Assembly (NCBI GenBank): GCA_020059745.1
Contig: JAGVBK010000003.1
Location: 1,123 to 65,122 of the forward strand
From: Candidatus Shapirobacteria bacterium
GTDB lineage: Bacteria; Patescibacteriota; Microgenomatia; UM-FILTER-40-11
Direction: 5' to 3'
DNA: 64,000 bases
Made by a program: the position numbers and the translations under genes. The notes under the pieces are model-generated. The model saw only the letters and a list, made by a program, of their open reading frames with translations, had not been told where the DNA came from and did not search any database. Shown piece by piece: positions 20,040 to 29,130 of this stretch (position 1 is its first letter; every line of letters starts with the position of its first letter).

Positions 20040-21125
20040 ATGGAAGAAATTGTCCAAAAAATTGAGGAACTTAAAAAAAGGCTTGAGTTTTTGGTAGCCA
20101 AGCTTAATGTTGAAGACAAAAGGAAAGAAATAAAAAGCTTGGAGGCGGAAGCGGCCCGGCCCGGTTTTTGGGATGACCCCGGTCAGGCGCAGGCCAAAAC
20201 AAAACTTCTCTCCTTATATAATGAAGAGCTGTCAAAGGTTCAAGAATATGAAGAAAAAATTAATTCCCTTAAAGAGCTTGCTTCTTCAGAAGATGCTTCA
20301 GAACTTCAGGAGGACTTGAAAAAAGAAGTTGACAGCCTCGAAAAAGCAATGGAAAAGCTTGAGATAAGCACTTATCTTAGCGGCCCTTATGATCGTTCTT
20401 CTGCCATTGTTTCCATTCATGCGGGTCAGGGCGGAACAGAAGCGATGGATTGGGCCCAGATGCTTGAAAGAATGTATGTTCGCTTCGCAGAAAAAAGGAG
20501 TTGGAAAGTTGATGTTGTCGACGAAATTGCCGGAGACGAGGCGGGAATTAAAAGCGCAACGCTTTCCGTAGAAGGACCTTTTGCCTACGGATACCTTAAA
20601 GGCGAAAGAGGAGCGCATCGCCTGGTCAGACAATCTCCTTTTAATGCCGACAAGCTAAGGCAGACTTCTTTTGCTTTAGTGGAGGTTTTGCCGGAAATCG
20701 AGGAAGCGGAAAAAATTCCCATTCCTGATTCTGATATTGAATGGGATTTTTTTAGGGCTTCTTCTCACGGCGGCCAAAATGTTCAAAAAGTTTCCACGGC
20801 TGTAAGATTAAGGCACCTTCCCACCGGAATTGTGGTAACCAGCCAAAGTGAACGCTACCAGGAAAGAAACAGAGAAATTGCCCTAAACCTTTTAAGATCA
20901 AAGCTCTGGCAGCTTGAAGAGGAAAAGAAAGAAAGAGAGAGAAAAGACCTCAAAGGCGAGTTTAAGCTGGCAGCCTGGGGAAACCAGATTCGCTCTTATG
21001 TGCTTCATCCTTATAAAATGGTTAAGGATTTAAGAACTGAGTATGAAGTCAATGACCCTTTCTCTGTTTTAGACGGAAACCTGGACGGATTTATTGAGGC
21101 TGAACTTAAAACTCTTAAAGATTAA
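20040..21125 (+). CDS. prfB: Peptide chain release factor 2 (single ORF, no programmed frameshift)
   Basis: 361 aa with an SPF tripeptide (stop-codon recognition, RF2-specific) and a GGQ motif (SSHGGQNVQKVSTAVRLRHLPTGIVV). The N-terminus aligns with full-length RF2 in one frame. Confidence 0.9.
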   Translation: MEEIVQKIEELKKRLEFLVAKLNVEDKRKEIKSLEAEAARPGFWDDPGQAQAKTKLLSLYNEELSKVQEYEEKINSLKELASSEDASELQEDLKKEVDSLEKAMEKLEISTYLSGPYDRSSAIVSIHAGQGGTEAMDWAQMLERMYVRFAEKRSWKVDVVDEIAGDEAGIKSATLSVEGPFAYGYLKGERGAHRLVRQSPFNADKLRQTSFALVEVLPEIEEAEKIPIPDSDIEWDFFRASSHGGQNVQKVSTAVRLRHLPTGIVVTSQSERYQERNREIALNLLRSKLWQLEEEKKERERKDLKGEFKLAAWGNQIRSYVLHPYKMVKDLRTEYEVNDPFSVLDGNLDGFIEAELKTLKD

Positions 21126-21215
21126 TTTTATACTTGTCCTTTCATTCTTTTCTGTGCTATTCTTTATTCAGCCAGGAGGTCGCCTTTATTAATTTTGGCC
21201 GACAAAAGGAGAAAA

Positions 21216-21668
21216 ATGCCAGAAGAAATTCCTAACCTTAATTCTGACGAGGTTTCTAAAAAAAGACCCAACCCAAAAATTCTTACCCCCTTGCTTTTAG
21301 TAGTGGCTTTAGGTTTAGGGGCTTTTACTGGTTATTGGTTTGCGGGAAGAAATCCTACTTCAGGTTCGGAAGAAATAACCGGAGTTATTTCTGAGGACAA
21401 AATCGAGAAAGGTGCAGAATTCGGAGTTAAAGACACTGAAAATTTCCCCGATAAGGCAATTGGTGTTATTGAGGCAGGCGGAGAAAACGGAGAAGGAACC
21501 CATAAGCTTATAAGAGAAGGCGGGCCAAGCCAAACAGTATATTTAACCTCTTCTGTTTTAGACTTGGATCAGTTTGTCGGTAAAAAAGTTGAAGTAAACG
21601 GCGCCACTACCAAGGCGCAAAAAGTGGCCTGGCTTATGGATGTCGGCAAAATTAAGGTTCTTGAATAA
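21216..21668 (+). CDS. Hypothetical membrane-anchored protein
   Basis: The track start is a TTG at 21195. The ATG at 21216 has an AAGGAG RBS. There is one TM helix (ILTPLLLVVALGLGAFTGYWFAG) followed by a Gly-rich soluble domain. Confidence 0.4.
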   Translation: MPEEIPNLNSDEVSKKRPNPKILTPLLLVVALGLGAFTGYWFAGRNPTSGSEEITGVISEDKIEKGAEFGVKDTENFPDKAIGVIEAGGENGEGTHKLIREGGPSQTVYLTSSVLDLDQFVGKKVEVNGATTKAQKVAWLMDVGKIKVLE

Positions 21669-21705
21669 ACGAAGAAAGTTATTCTTCGTGGCAGTTTAAA
21701 CTGCA

Positions 21706-22416
21706 ATGATTATTTTTGATAAAGTCAGCAAAAAATTTGGAAGCATTATTGCTTTAGAGGATGTTTCTTTCACTCTGGAAAAGGGTGAGTTTGTTTTTCT
21801 TACCGGTGCTTCCGGGGCCGGAAAAACCACTTTGATAAAACTTCTTTTAGGTGAGTACTTGCCTTCTGCCGGTGAAATTGAAATGAATGGCGAAAAAGTT
21901 TCCAAGGTTTCAAAGAAAAATCTTTATCTTTGGCGGAGAAAGCTTGGGGTTGTTTTTCAAGACTACAAGCTTTTTTGGGATAAAACAGTGGCTGAAAATG
22001 TTGCCTTGCCTTTGGAAATAATAAAAACGCCGGCAAAAGAAATTGGGGAAAAAGTGCAAAAAATACTTGAACTTGTAGGGCTGGAGGAAAGAAAAAGCCT
22101 CTTTCCCGCCCAACTTTCCGGCGGTGAACTGCAAAGGGTTTCTTTGGCCAGAGCGGTTATTACTGCTCCGGAGATTTTACTTGCAGATGAACCTACCGGC
22201 AACTTGGACCCCAAAACCTCAAAGGAAATGATAAGGCTCTTTAAAGAGATAAACGAAAAAGGAACAACCATCTTAATGGCTACCCATAACAATGAGATTG
22301 TTGATTCCTTTAAAGCTCGGGTAATTGAGCTTGAAAAAGGTAAGGTGGCAAGAGACGAAAAGGAAGGAAAATACTATAAAGATAAAAAGAAGGAAAAAGA
22401 GGAGGATGATGATTAA
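21706..22416 (+). CDS. ftsE: Cell division ATP-binding protein FtsE
   Basis: Walker A GASGAGKTT, ABC signature LSGGELQRV, Walker B LLADEPTGNLD. It has an unusual C-terminal Lys/acid-rich tail (KDKKKEKEEDDD). Confidence 0.9.
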   Translation: MIIFDKVSKKFGSIIALEDVSFTLEKGEFVFLTGASGAGKTTLIKLLLGEYLPSAGEIEMNGEKVSKVSKKNLYLWRRKLGVVFQDYKLFWDKTVAENVALPLEIIKTPAKEIGEKVQKILELVGLEERKSLFPAQLSGGELQRVSLARAVITAPEILLADEPTGNLDPKTSKEMIRLFKEINEKGTTILMATHNNEIVDSFKARVIELEKGKVARDEKEGKYYKDKKKEKEEDDD

Positions 22417-23278
22417 AACCGCTAAGGATCATATAGTAAGATCGCCCTACCAGTCTTTAGCTGCAATTTTTGTCTTAACGCTTTCGCTTTTTCTCTTAAG
22501 CGCCTTTTTTCTTATCGGCTCTGGCTCACAGGTAATTTTGCGCCATTTTGAGTCAAGGCCTCAGGTCAGCGCCTACCTAAAAGACGAGGCAGCAACACAA
22601 GACATCGATCTTGTTAAGGCAAAAATTCAAGGCAACCCTAAGGTTAAAAAAATTGAATTCATTTCCAAGGAGCAGGCGCTTGAGCTTTACAAAGAACAAA
22701 ACAAGGATAAGCCTTTGCTTTTGGAAATGGTTTCCGCAAAAATTCTTCCCGCCAGTCTTGAGGTTTCCACCTATGATCTTTCTTCCCTTAAAAGCGTTGC
22801 TGAAACCTTAAAACAGGAAGAGATGGTTGAGGATGTTGTTTACCATGAAGATGTTGTTTCTTCTCTTTCAAACTGGATGGCCACTGTAAGAAAGTTTGGT
22901 TTGGGGGTGGCGGTTTTTCTTTTAACCATTGCCATAATGACAATTCTTATCATTTTAGGGATGAAGATATCCCAAAGAAAAGAAGAGATTGAAATCTTAA
23001 AGCTTTTGGGGGCTTCACCGCTTCATATTTGCGCCCCTTTCTACTTTGAAGGGGTGATATACGGGGTTTTGGCGGCTTTTATTTCTTGGGGGTTAAGCTA
23101 TGGGGCAATTTTATTGTCAAGTTCATTTTTAACACAATTTTTAGCGGGAATACCGCTTTTGCCAGTTTCCCCGATTTTTATGCTTGAAGTTCTCGGCGGA
23201 TTGCTCTTTTTAGGAATTTTTGTGGGGTTTGTGGGTAGTGTCTTGGCGGTTTCTCGCTTCAGCAGAACAATTAGATGA
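22406..23278 (+). CDS. ftsX: Cell division permease FtsX
   Basis: The track ORF starts at 22325, but the ATG at 22406 follows a GGAGG RBS and overlaps the ftsE stop by 11 nt. Topology is TM1, a large extracytoplasmic loop, then 3 C-terminal TMs. Confidence 0.85.
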   Translation: MMIKTAKDHIVRSPYQSLAAIFVLTLSLFLLSAFFLIGSGSQVILRHFESRPQVSAYLKDEAATQDIDLVKAKIQGNPKVKKIEFISKEQALELYKEQNKDKPLLLEMVSAKILPASLEVSTYDLSSLKSVAETLKQEEMVEDVVYHEDVVSSLSNWMATVRKFGLGVAVFLLTIAIMTILIILGMKISQRKEEIEILKLLGASPLHICAPFYFEGVIYGVLAAFISWGLSYGAILLSSSFLTQFLAGIPLLPVSPIFMLEVLGGLLFLGIFVGFVGSVLAVSRFSRTIR

Positions 23279-24477
23279 AGCAGAAGATATTACTGATTCT
23301 TTTTTTTATTTTTCTCCAGATTTTTAGTTTCAGGATTGGAGTTTTTGCGGCCGAATGTACGACTCCAAGAGAGGGAGCTACCAGAGAGGAGCTTGAGGAT
23401 ATTATTCGTGCCTGTGAAGCCCAGATAGGCGAAACCAAAAAACAAGTAGACAGCCTTTCCAGAGAAATTGGCATTATTGACGGCCAAATCAGGGTAGCCC
23501 AGCTTAAAATTTCCCAAACAGAATACCAAATAAGAACGCTTGAGGAAGAAATAGTTAATCTTTCCGGAAAAATTGAGAGACTTGACGGTTCGCTTGACTA
23601 TCTTTCCAGAGTTCTTTTAGACCGGGTGGCCGAATCTTACAAAAGAAACAAAGTTGATGCCATAACCATCCTTTTTTCTTCAAGGAATGTTTCTGATTTT
23701 GTTGCCCGCTACCGGTATTTGCAAAAAATCCAGCTTCATGACCGGGAACTTCTTTTGTCAATGGAACAAACAAGGACCAGCTATGACGAGCAAAAAAGCC
23801 TGAAAGAGCAAAAGCAGGAAGAGCTGGAAAAGCTGCAAGCCCAGCTTTTGACGCAAAAAAAGCAGCTTGATATTCAAGTGGCAAACAGGAAAAGAATCCT
23901 TGAGGAAACCAGAGGAAAGGAAGCAGTTTACCAGCAATTTCTTGCTAGCGCCAAAGGAGAACTAGAGGCCATCCTGGGAATTTTGGAGGGCAAGGGAAGA
24001 GAAGAAAGAATAAAAGATGTTTCCGAAGGCGAAAAAATTGCCTCAGTTATTTACGGAGCCTCATGTAATTCAAATGGTACACACCTTCATTTTATGATCA
24101 CTAAAGACGGCAAGCCCTTAAACCCTTTTAGCTATCTTAAGGGAGGTATTAATTATGAAAACTGTTCCGGTTCTTCCTGCGGCAGCGCGGACGCTGATCC
24201 TTTTAATCCGCAAGGTGATTGGGGCTGGCCTTTAAATGAAAAAATCAGGCTCACTCAAGGTTACGGTTATACCTGGGCAATTCAACACATTCCCTGGTTA
24301 AGGGCAATTTATACTTTTCATAATGGTATTGATTTGCAGGGAGGAAGCTTAGATGTTAGAGCAACAAAAAAAGGTGCTCTTTATTGGGGAAGTTATGTGG
24401 GAAGGTGCACTTTAAAGTATGTTAAAGTGGAGCATGAAGACGGCTTCAGTTCCTACTATCTTCATGTAAACTACTGA
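23275..24477 (+). CDS. Coiled-coil M23-family peptidase (EnvC-like FtsEX partner)
   Basis: 400 aa with a signal peptide, a ~250-aa coiled coil, and a C-terminal M23/LytM-like domain with HxH (GTHLHFMITKDGKPLNPF). Gene order ftsE-ftsX-envC is conserved. Confidence 0.7.
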   Translation: MKQKILLILFFIFLQIFSFRIGVFAAECTTPREGATREELEDIIRACEAQIGETKKQVDSLSREIGIIDGQIRVAQLKISQTEYQIRTLEEEIVNLSGKIERLDGSLDYLSRVLLDRVAESYKRNKVDAITILFSSRNVSDFVARYRYLQKIQLHDRELLLSMEQTRTSYDEQKSLKEQKQEELEKLQAQLLTQKKQLDIQVANRKRILEETRGKEAVYQQFLASAKGELEAILGILEGKGREERIKDVSEGEKIASVIYGASCNSNGTHLHFMITKDGKPLNPFSYLKGGINYENCSGSSCGSADADPFNPQGDWGWPLNEKIRLTQGYGYTWAIQHIPWLRAIYTFHNGIDLQGGSLDVRATKKGALYWGSYVGRCTLKYVKVEHEDGFSSYYLHVNY

Positions 24478-25338
24478 TGAGCAGATTTTTAAATAAACTA
24501 CCTTTTTTAGTTTTTTTTCAACTCCTGTTCCTCTTTTCTTTAGCAAAAACTTCCTATGCTCAGGTAGTGATTAATGAATTTGTTTTTGATCCGACAAATG
24601 ACCAAAACGAGTGGGTGGAATTATATAATATGGGTACAGAGACAGTTAATCTTCAAGGTTGGCAAATTTCCGATAAGCTTAGTTCTCCCCATGTTCACTC
24701 TCTTGATAGTCTCGGCTCCATTCCTTCTGATGGGTTTGTAGTTTTTGAATACCAATCTGGAGACGGTTGGCTTAATAATGATGCCGATACGGTTATTCTT
24801 AGGGATAAACGAGGGTAATATCTTGGATGAAAAAGAGTATTCCTCAAATCCGGGAGAAGGAAAATCTTACGGTAGAAGCCCAAATGGTACAGGAGGTTTT
24901 ATTGTTTATGATGCTGCTTCGGTTTCAAAAGGTGTGGTAAACCCTACTCCTACAGAAGTTCCTACCCCCACCCCAACTCCCCAGCCAACGGAGGTTCCGA
25001 CTGAAGCACCAGAGCCAACAGCAACCCCAACCCCTGAGCCGACTTTAACCCCTACTCCCACGACAAAGCCGACAACTAAGCCTTCACCGACTCCAACACC
25101 AGATAAAGAACCGGAAATGGTAACTACCAGCTTCGACGGACCTCAGGGCGAAGTTTTGGGTAGCGAGTCCTCTCCAACAGGACCAGACGAACTCGAAGAC
25201 ATAAAAGCTCTTTATTCCCCTCCGGAAAAGAAAAAATCAATTCTTCTTCCGATTTTTTTAATCGGTGGCGGCGGAGTATCTATTTTCTTTTCAGTTCTTT
25301 CTTTTCTTAAAAAGGAAGAAGGTGAGGAAGTTGCTTAA
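24477..25338 (+). pseudogene. Lamin-tail-domain (LTD) surface protein with Pro/Thr-rich stalk and C-terminal TM anchor, interrupted by a 1-nt frameshift
   Basis: Frame A (24477..24818) holds the signal peptide plus the LTD N-half (VVINEFVFDPTNDQNEWVELYNMGTETVNLQGWQISD...DTVILRD). The +1 frame continues from ~24802 ([27 protein letters not shown]), then [25 protein letters not shown]..., then a TM ([23 protein letters not shown]). The junction is in the A-run gggataaacgagg. Confidence 0.6.
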
Positions 25339-25382
25339 TTTCTTGTCTTTTAAACTAATAAATAATATAGTTAATTTTACCA

Positions 25383-25799
25383 ATGGTTAAAGTTCTTAAA
25401 GATATTTTATATATCTTGCCTCCGCTTTTATGGATGGCTTTAATTTATTACCTTTCTTCGTTTAACAGGCTTCAGGCTTCCGAAATAGGCTGGCAGGATT
25501 TTGTTCTAAGAAAAGGGGCTCATTTTGCCGAATATGCAATTCTTTTTGTTTTAATTTACCGGGCCTTTAATTTTATGACCAGGCTTTCTTTAGCTGACAA
25601 GCTTTTTTTTACCTTTTTCCTAACAGTTTTGTATGCCCTGACAGACGAATATCACCAAACCTGGGTTTTGGGGAGAACCGGAAAGCTTTTTGATGTTATG
25701 GTGGACACTTCGGGGGCAGTTTTTGGCTTTGTTTTTTCTGCTAAATTAATTTACCGCTTGCCAATAAGTATGCAAAGATTTATTCTAAAAAAGTCATGA
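25383..25799 (+). CDS. VanZ-like family membrane protein
   Basis: 138 aa, 4 TM. Motif YALTDEYHQTWVLGRTGKLFDVMVDTSGAVFGF matches VanZ-like (DE.HQ...GR...D...D..G). Confidence 0.7.
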   Translation: MVKVLKDILYILPPLLWMALIYYLSSFNRLQASEIGWQDFVLRKGAHFAEYAILFVLIYRAFNFMTRLSLADKLFFTFFLTVLYALTDEYHQTWVLGRTGKLFDVMVDTSGAVFGFVFSAKLIYRLPISMQRFILKKS

Positions 25800-26779
25800 A
25801 AGTTTTAGTTACCGGTGGCGCCGGGTACATAGGTTCACATACGGTTGCCGAGCTGCAAAAGCAAAACATTGAAGTAGTGGTTTTTGACAATTTGATTTGC
25901 GGCCATAAAGAAGCGGTTACGTGTCCTCTAATTGTCGGCGATCTTCTTAAAAAAGATGAGATTAAAAAAGTTTTTAAGGAGAATAAGTTTGACGGGGTAA
26001 TCCATTTTGCCGCTTATGCCCTGGCCGGAGAATCGATGAAAGAGCCGGCAAAATATTTTGAAAACAATCTCCAGGGCGGGCTTAATCTTCTTGAAGCTAT
26101 GAGAGAGGGTGAAGTTAATAAAATTGTTTTTTCTTCCACTTGTGCAATTTACGGCTATCCGGATAAACTGCCGGTTATTGAAGAGGAAAGCAAAAAGCCG
26201 GTCTCTGTTTATGGGGAATCTAAGCTTATGTTTGAAACCATTCTTCGCTGGTATGACCAGCTTTTCGGAATAAAAAATGTTTGTCTTAGATACTTTAACG
26301 CCAGCGGCGATTCTTTGGACGGCTCAATTGGTGAAGACCACAAACCGGAAACTCATATTATTCCTATTGCCATGCAAGCTGCCTTAGGCCAAAGGGAAAA
26401 ATTCTCAATTTTCGGGGAAGACTACAATACTCCTGACGGCACCTGTATTCGCGACTACATTCATGTTTTGGATTTGGCCTCTGCCCACATAAAAGCGCTT
26501 GATTATTTATCTAAAGAAGGAGAAAGCAATTATTTTAATGTCGGTACCGGCCAGGGCTATTCAAACAAAGAAATTCTCAACATGGTTAAAGAGGTAACAG
26601 GGGTTGATTTTCCGGTTGAAGTTGGGCCGAGAAGAGAGGGAGACCCGGATGCAATTTTTGCGGACAGTTCAAAGGCAAAAACGGTTTTAGGCTGGGAGCC
26701 AAAGCACTCTGATCTTAAGACAATTATTGAGTCAGCCTGGAAATGGCACAAAAGCCACCCCAAGGGCTATTCTTCCTAA
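25796..26779 (+). CDS. galE: UDP-glucose 4-epimerase
   Basis: 327 aa. Has the Rossmann motif [13 protein letters not shown], the SSTCAIYG region and the YGESK catalytic motif (YxxxK). Confidence 0.9.
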   Translation: MKVLVTGGAGYIGSHTVAELQKQNIEVVVFDNLICGHKEAVTCPLIVGDLLKKDEIKKVFKENKFDGVIHFAAYALAGESMKEPAKYFENNLQGGLNLLEAMREGEVNKIVFSSTCAIYGYPDKLPVIEEESKKPVSVYGESKLMFETILRWYDQLFGIKNVCLRYFNASGDSLDGSIGEDHKPETHIIPIAMQAALGQREKFSIFGEDYNTPDGTCIRDYIHVLDLASAHIKALDYLSKEGESNYFNVGTGQGYSNKEILNMVKEVTGVDFPVEVGPRREGDPDAIFADSSKAKTVLGWEPKHSDLKTIIESAWKWHKSHPKGYSS

Positions 26780-26870
26780 GCAAGCGCTTTCTTCTTACCA
26801 AGTTATTACTTCTTTTTAAGAAGCTTCATAAACCGTTAAGGTTTAATGAATTTTGAAGCTAAAAACACTC

Positions 26871-26898
26871 TTGACAAGAAAATTTTTTTTGGTATTTT
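26871..26898 (+). promoter_or_regulatory. Sigma70-like promoter with extended -10 (TTGACA-N16-TGgTATTTT) upstream of hsp20
   Basis: TTGACA at 26871-26876, TG at 26890-26891, TATTTT at 26893-26898. An AGGAGGTG RBS sits 8 nt before the ATG at 26922. Confidence 0.45.
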
Positions 26899-26921
26899 TT
26901 AAATTAAAGGAGGTGATATAG

Positions 26922-27344
26922 ATGGCGATAGTAAGATGGGAACCATCAGGTTTAACCAGAAGAATTTTAGATTGGCCTTTTTTATTCAGTGATGAGGAAA
27001 TGCCAATGGCAATAAGGCAGGGCCTTGACATTTATGAAACAGAAAACGAGGTAGTTGTTAAAGCTCCTGTTCCCGGAGTTTTGGAGGACGAGGTTGATGT
27101 GACTTTTGAAAACGGAGTTTTAAGAATTCAGGCCAGGCACGAAGAAACCGACAAGGAAAAGGAAGAAAAAAGAACTGTTTACCAGCAGCAAAGAATTGTA
27201 TCTTTTGACTACACAACTACTCTGCCGCGTTCGGTTGATCCAGACAAAATTTCAGCTGAAGTGGAGAACGGCGTTGTCGTTGTTAAGGCGCCAATTGCCG
27301 AAGAAGCAAAGCCGAGAAAAATTGCCATTAAAGGAAGAAGATAA
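26922..27344 (+). CDS. Hsp20/alpha-crystallin family small heat-shock protein
   Basis: 140 aa. Alpha-crystallin domain (LDIYETENEVVVKAPVPGVLEDEVDVTFENGVLRIQARHEE...) and a C-terminal I-x-I-like motif (KIAIKG). Confidence 0.9.
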   Translation: MAIVRWEPSGLTRRILDWPFLFSDEEMPMAIRQGLDIYETENEVVVKAPVPGVLEDEVDVTFENGVLRIQARHEETDKEKEEKRTVYQQQRIVSFDYTTTLPRSVDPDKISAEVENGVVVVKAPIAEEAKPRKIAIKGRR

Positions 27345-27365
27345 ACTACCTTTTTTTCTGTGATA

Positions 27366-27395
27366 AGCAGGAAGGATTTCCTTCCTGCTTTTAAA
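27366..27395. terminator. Bidirectional rho-independent terminator (10-11 bp stem AGCAGGAAGG/CCTTCCTGCT, T-run)
   Basis: Sequence aagcaggaaggatttccttcctgcttttaaaa lies between the convergent hsp20 (+) and small membrane ORF (-). Confidence 0.65.
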
Positions 27396-27537
27396 ATGCC
27401 AAAATGCCTAGACCGATAAGACCGATAAGAATAAGATAAATCCCTACTAAAGTTGAAAGCAGTCTGGGATTAAACAGAATTAGAACTCCGAAAACAAGGG
27501 ATAAAATCGGGCTTAAATTCACTAAGGTTAATCTCAT
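27391..27537 (-). CDS. Small hydrophobic membrane protein (48 aa), not in the ORF track
   Basis: Minus strand encodes MRLTLVNLSPILSLVFGVLILFNPRLLSTLVGIYLILIGLIGLGILAF*. It has an AAGGGGG RBS 6 nt upstream and a TTGACT-N16/17-CATAAT promoter (forward coordinates 27584-27589 and 27562-27567). Confidence 0.45.
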   Translation of the reverse strand: MRLTLVNLSPILSLVFGVLILFNPRLLSTLVGIYLILIGLIGLGILAF

Positions 27538-27683
27538 TTAGCCCCCTTTCTTTTAGAGAAATTATGAATGGCTGCCAAACGAGAGTCAAGCAATCTTCTT
27601 TCTTGACAGCAGTTAGTAAAAAATTATATATCATAAAATATAGCAATTAATTTCTTCTGCCCAATCATTACTTACGAAAGGAG

Positions 27684-28040
27684 GTGAAAGAAATGACTTC
27701 AACTGAAAGACGTATCCCTGACGATGGAGTTGCAGAAACACTAAGCCCCATTGCTAGAATGAAAGATTTGAAAGAAAGATTAGGAACAGCGGTTAAAAGC
27801 CCGGAATGGGAAATTGCTGACGATGAAGGAAGAAAGGAAATAATGGAAGGAGTGCTTGGTCAATCTTTGGAGTACTATACCGAAAACGGATACCGAGATA
27901 AAACTGAAGAACTAACCAGGATTCTTGGCCAGTTTAAGGAAGGAGCTATTGGAGTTGAGGTAATTGTTGATACTGCCATGCCGCAAGAAAATAATGGTGT
28001 CAAAAAGAAGGGTTTTTTGACTCTTTTTAGACGCCGTTAA
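27684..28040 (+). CDS. Hypothetical cytoplasmic protein
   Basis: 118 aa with a strong RBS (AAGGAGGTG). A TTGACA(27603-27608)-N16-TATATA promoter lies upstream. No family was recognised. Confidence 0.45.
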   Translation: MKEMTSTERRIPDDGVAETLSPIARMKDLKERLGTAVKSPEWEIADDEGRKEIMEGVLGQSLEYYTENGYRDKTEELTRILGQFKEGAIGVEVIVDTAMPQENNGVKKKGFLTLFRRR

Positions 28041-28105
28041 ACTGGCTTTGTTAATATTATAGAGGGCTTTGGCAAGCTCTCTGTAATATGGAGTAAAATG
28101 GATTT

Positions 28106-28732
28106 ATGATCCATCTTCCTGCAAAAAAAATTGTTAATGTCTTTTCTTTGTTAATTATTTTTTTAGGAATTGGAATTTTGCTTCTTACTTTTGGCAGCCC
28201 TCTTTTTTATGAAGTTCAATATCAGGCAAAAACCATTGCCAAGCCTGGAGCGCAAGAACAAAAGAATAAAGAGATAGTTCCTGTGAATGCAGACTTTTCA
28301 ATTGTAATTCCTAAAATTAACGCTAATGCTCCGATTTTTCCCAACGTTAACCCTTTTGAAGAAAAAGAATTTTCTCCAGTTTTAAAAAAGGGAGTTGCCC
28401 ATGCCAAAGGAACTTCTTTTCCCGGCAACAACAAAAACATTTATCTTTTTGCCCATTCAACTGATGTTTTTTTTAATGTCGGCCGATATAATGCCGTTTT
28501 TTATCTTATTGGAAAACTTGAAAACGGAGATGAAATCGACATTTATTATAGGGAGGGACTTTTTAAATATAAGGTGTTTGAGAAAAAGATTGTTTCTCCG
28601 GAAGCAGTAAATTATCTGGAAATCGGAGATGAAGAAATACTTACTCTTCAGACTTGTTATCCTCCGGGAACAACTCTCAAAAGGCTGGTAGTAAGAGCCA
28701 GTCCCTCGGAAGCACTAAATTCAAAATACTAA
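28106..28732 (+). CDS. Sortase (transpeptidase) family protein
   Basis: 208 aa with an N-terminal TM anchor. It has a His-containing motif (LFAHSTD), the signature TLQTC catalytic Cys motif and a downstream Arg (LKRLVVRA). Confidence 0.8.
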   Translation: MIHLPAKKIVNVFSLLIIFLGIGILLLTFGSPLFYEVQYQAKTIAKPGAQEQKNKEIVPVNADFSIVIPKINANAPIFPNVNPFEEKEFSPVLKKGVAHAKGTSFPGNNKNIYLFAHSTDVFFNVGRYNAVFYLIGKLENGDEIDIYYREGLFKYKVFEKKIVSPEAVNYLEIGDEEILTLQTCYPPGTTLKRLVVRASPSEALNSKY

Positions 28733-28749
28733 GCTCTAAATAAACACAA

Positions 28750-29106
28750 ATGGCCCAAACTCAAAAAACAAAATTTGATTTAGATGAAAGAACATTTAAG
28801 TTTGCGAAGGAAGTTGTTAATTTTGTTAAAGGTTTGCCTCATAATATTTCTAATATTGAAATTGTAAAACAATTAGTCAGGTCTTCCGGATCGGTTGGGG
28901 CAAATTACATTGAAGCAAGCGAATCTTTAAGCAGGAAAGATTTTCTAATGAGGATCAAAATTTGTAGGAAAGAAGCCAAAGAAAGCGTTTATTGGTTAAG
29001 GTTATTGACTTGTTTGGCTGAACAAGAAACAGAAAGAGAGGCTTTGATAATAGAGGGAATCGAGTTAACGAAAATTTTCGGCTCAATTGTCGAGAAATCA
29101 AAATAA
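28750..29106 (+). CDS. Four-helix-bundle protein (23S rRNA intervening-sequence protein family)
   Basis: 118 aa. The pattern FKFAKEVVNFVKGLPHN...QLVRSSGSVGANYIEA...RKDFLMRIKICRKEAKESVYWLRLL is typical of the family. Confidence 0.85.
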   Translation: MAQTQKTKFDLDERTFKFAKEVVNFVKGLPHNISNIEIVKQLVRSSGSVGANYIEASESLSRKDFLMRIKICRKEAKESVYWLRLLTCLAEQETEREALIIEGIELTKIFGSIVEKSK

Positions 29107-29130
29107 TTTGAACTTTTGGTTTTGAAATTA

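Noticed and set aside
21669-21704. Hairpin ACGAAGAA-AGTTA-TTCTTCGT plus palindrome GCAGTTTAAACTGC before ftsE as a terminator
   Set aside because: No T-run follows and ftsE starts 2 nt later. It may be an RNA element, but evidence is insufficient to call a terminator.
28088-28099. Mini-ORF ATG GAT TTA TGA upstream of sortase
   Set aside because: Three codons, no RBS, and it overlaps the putative -10 region. Not a plausible gene.
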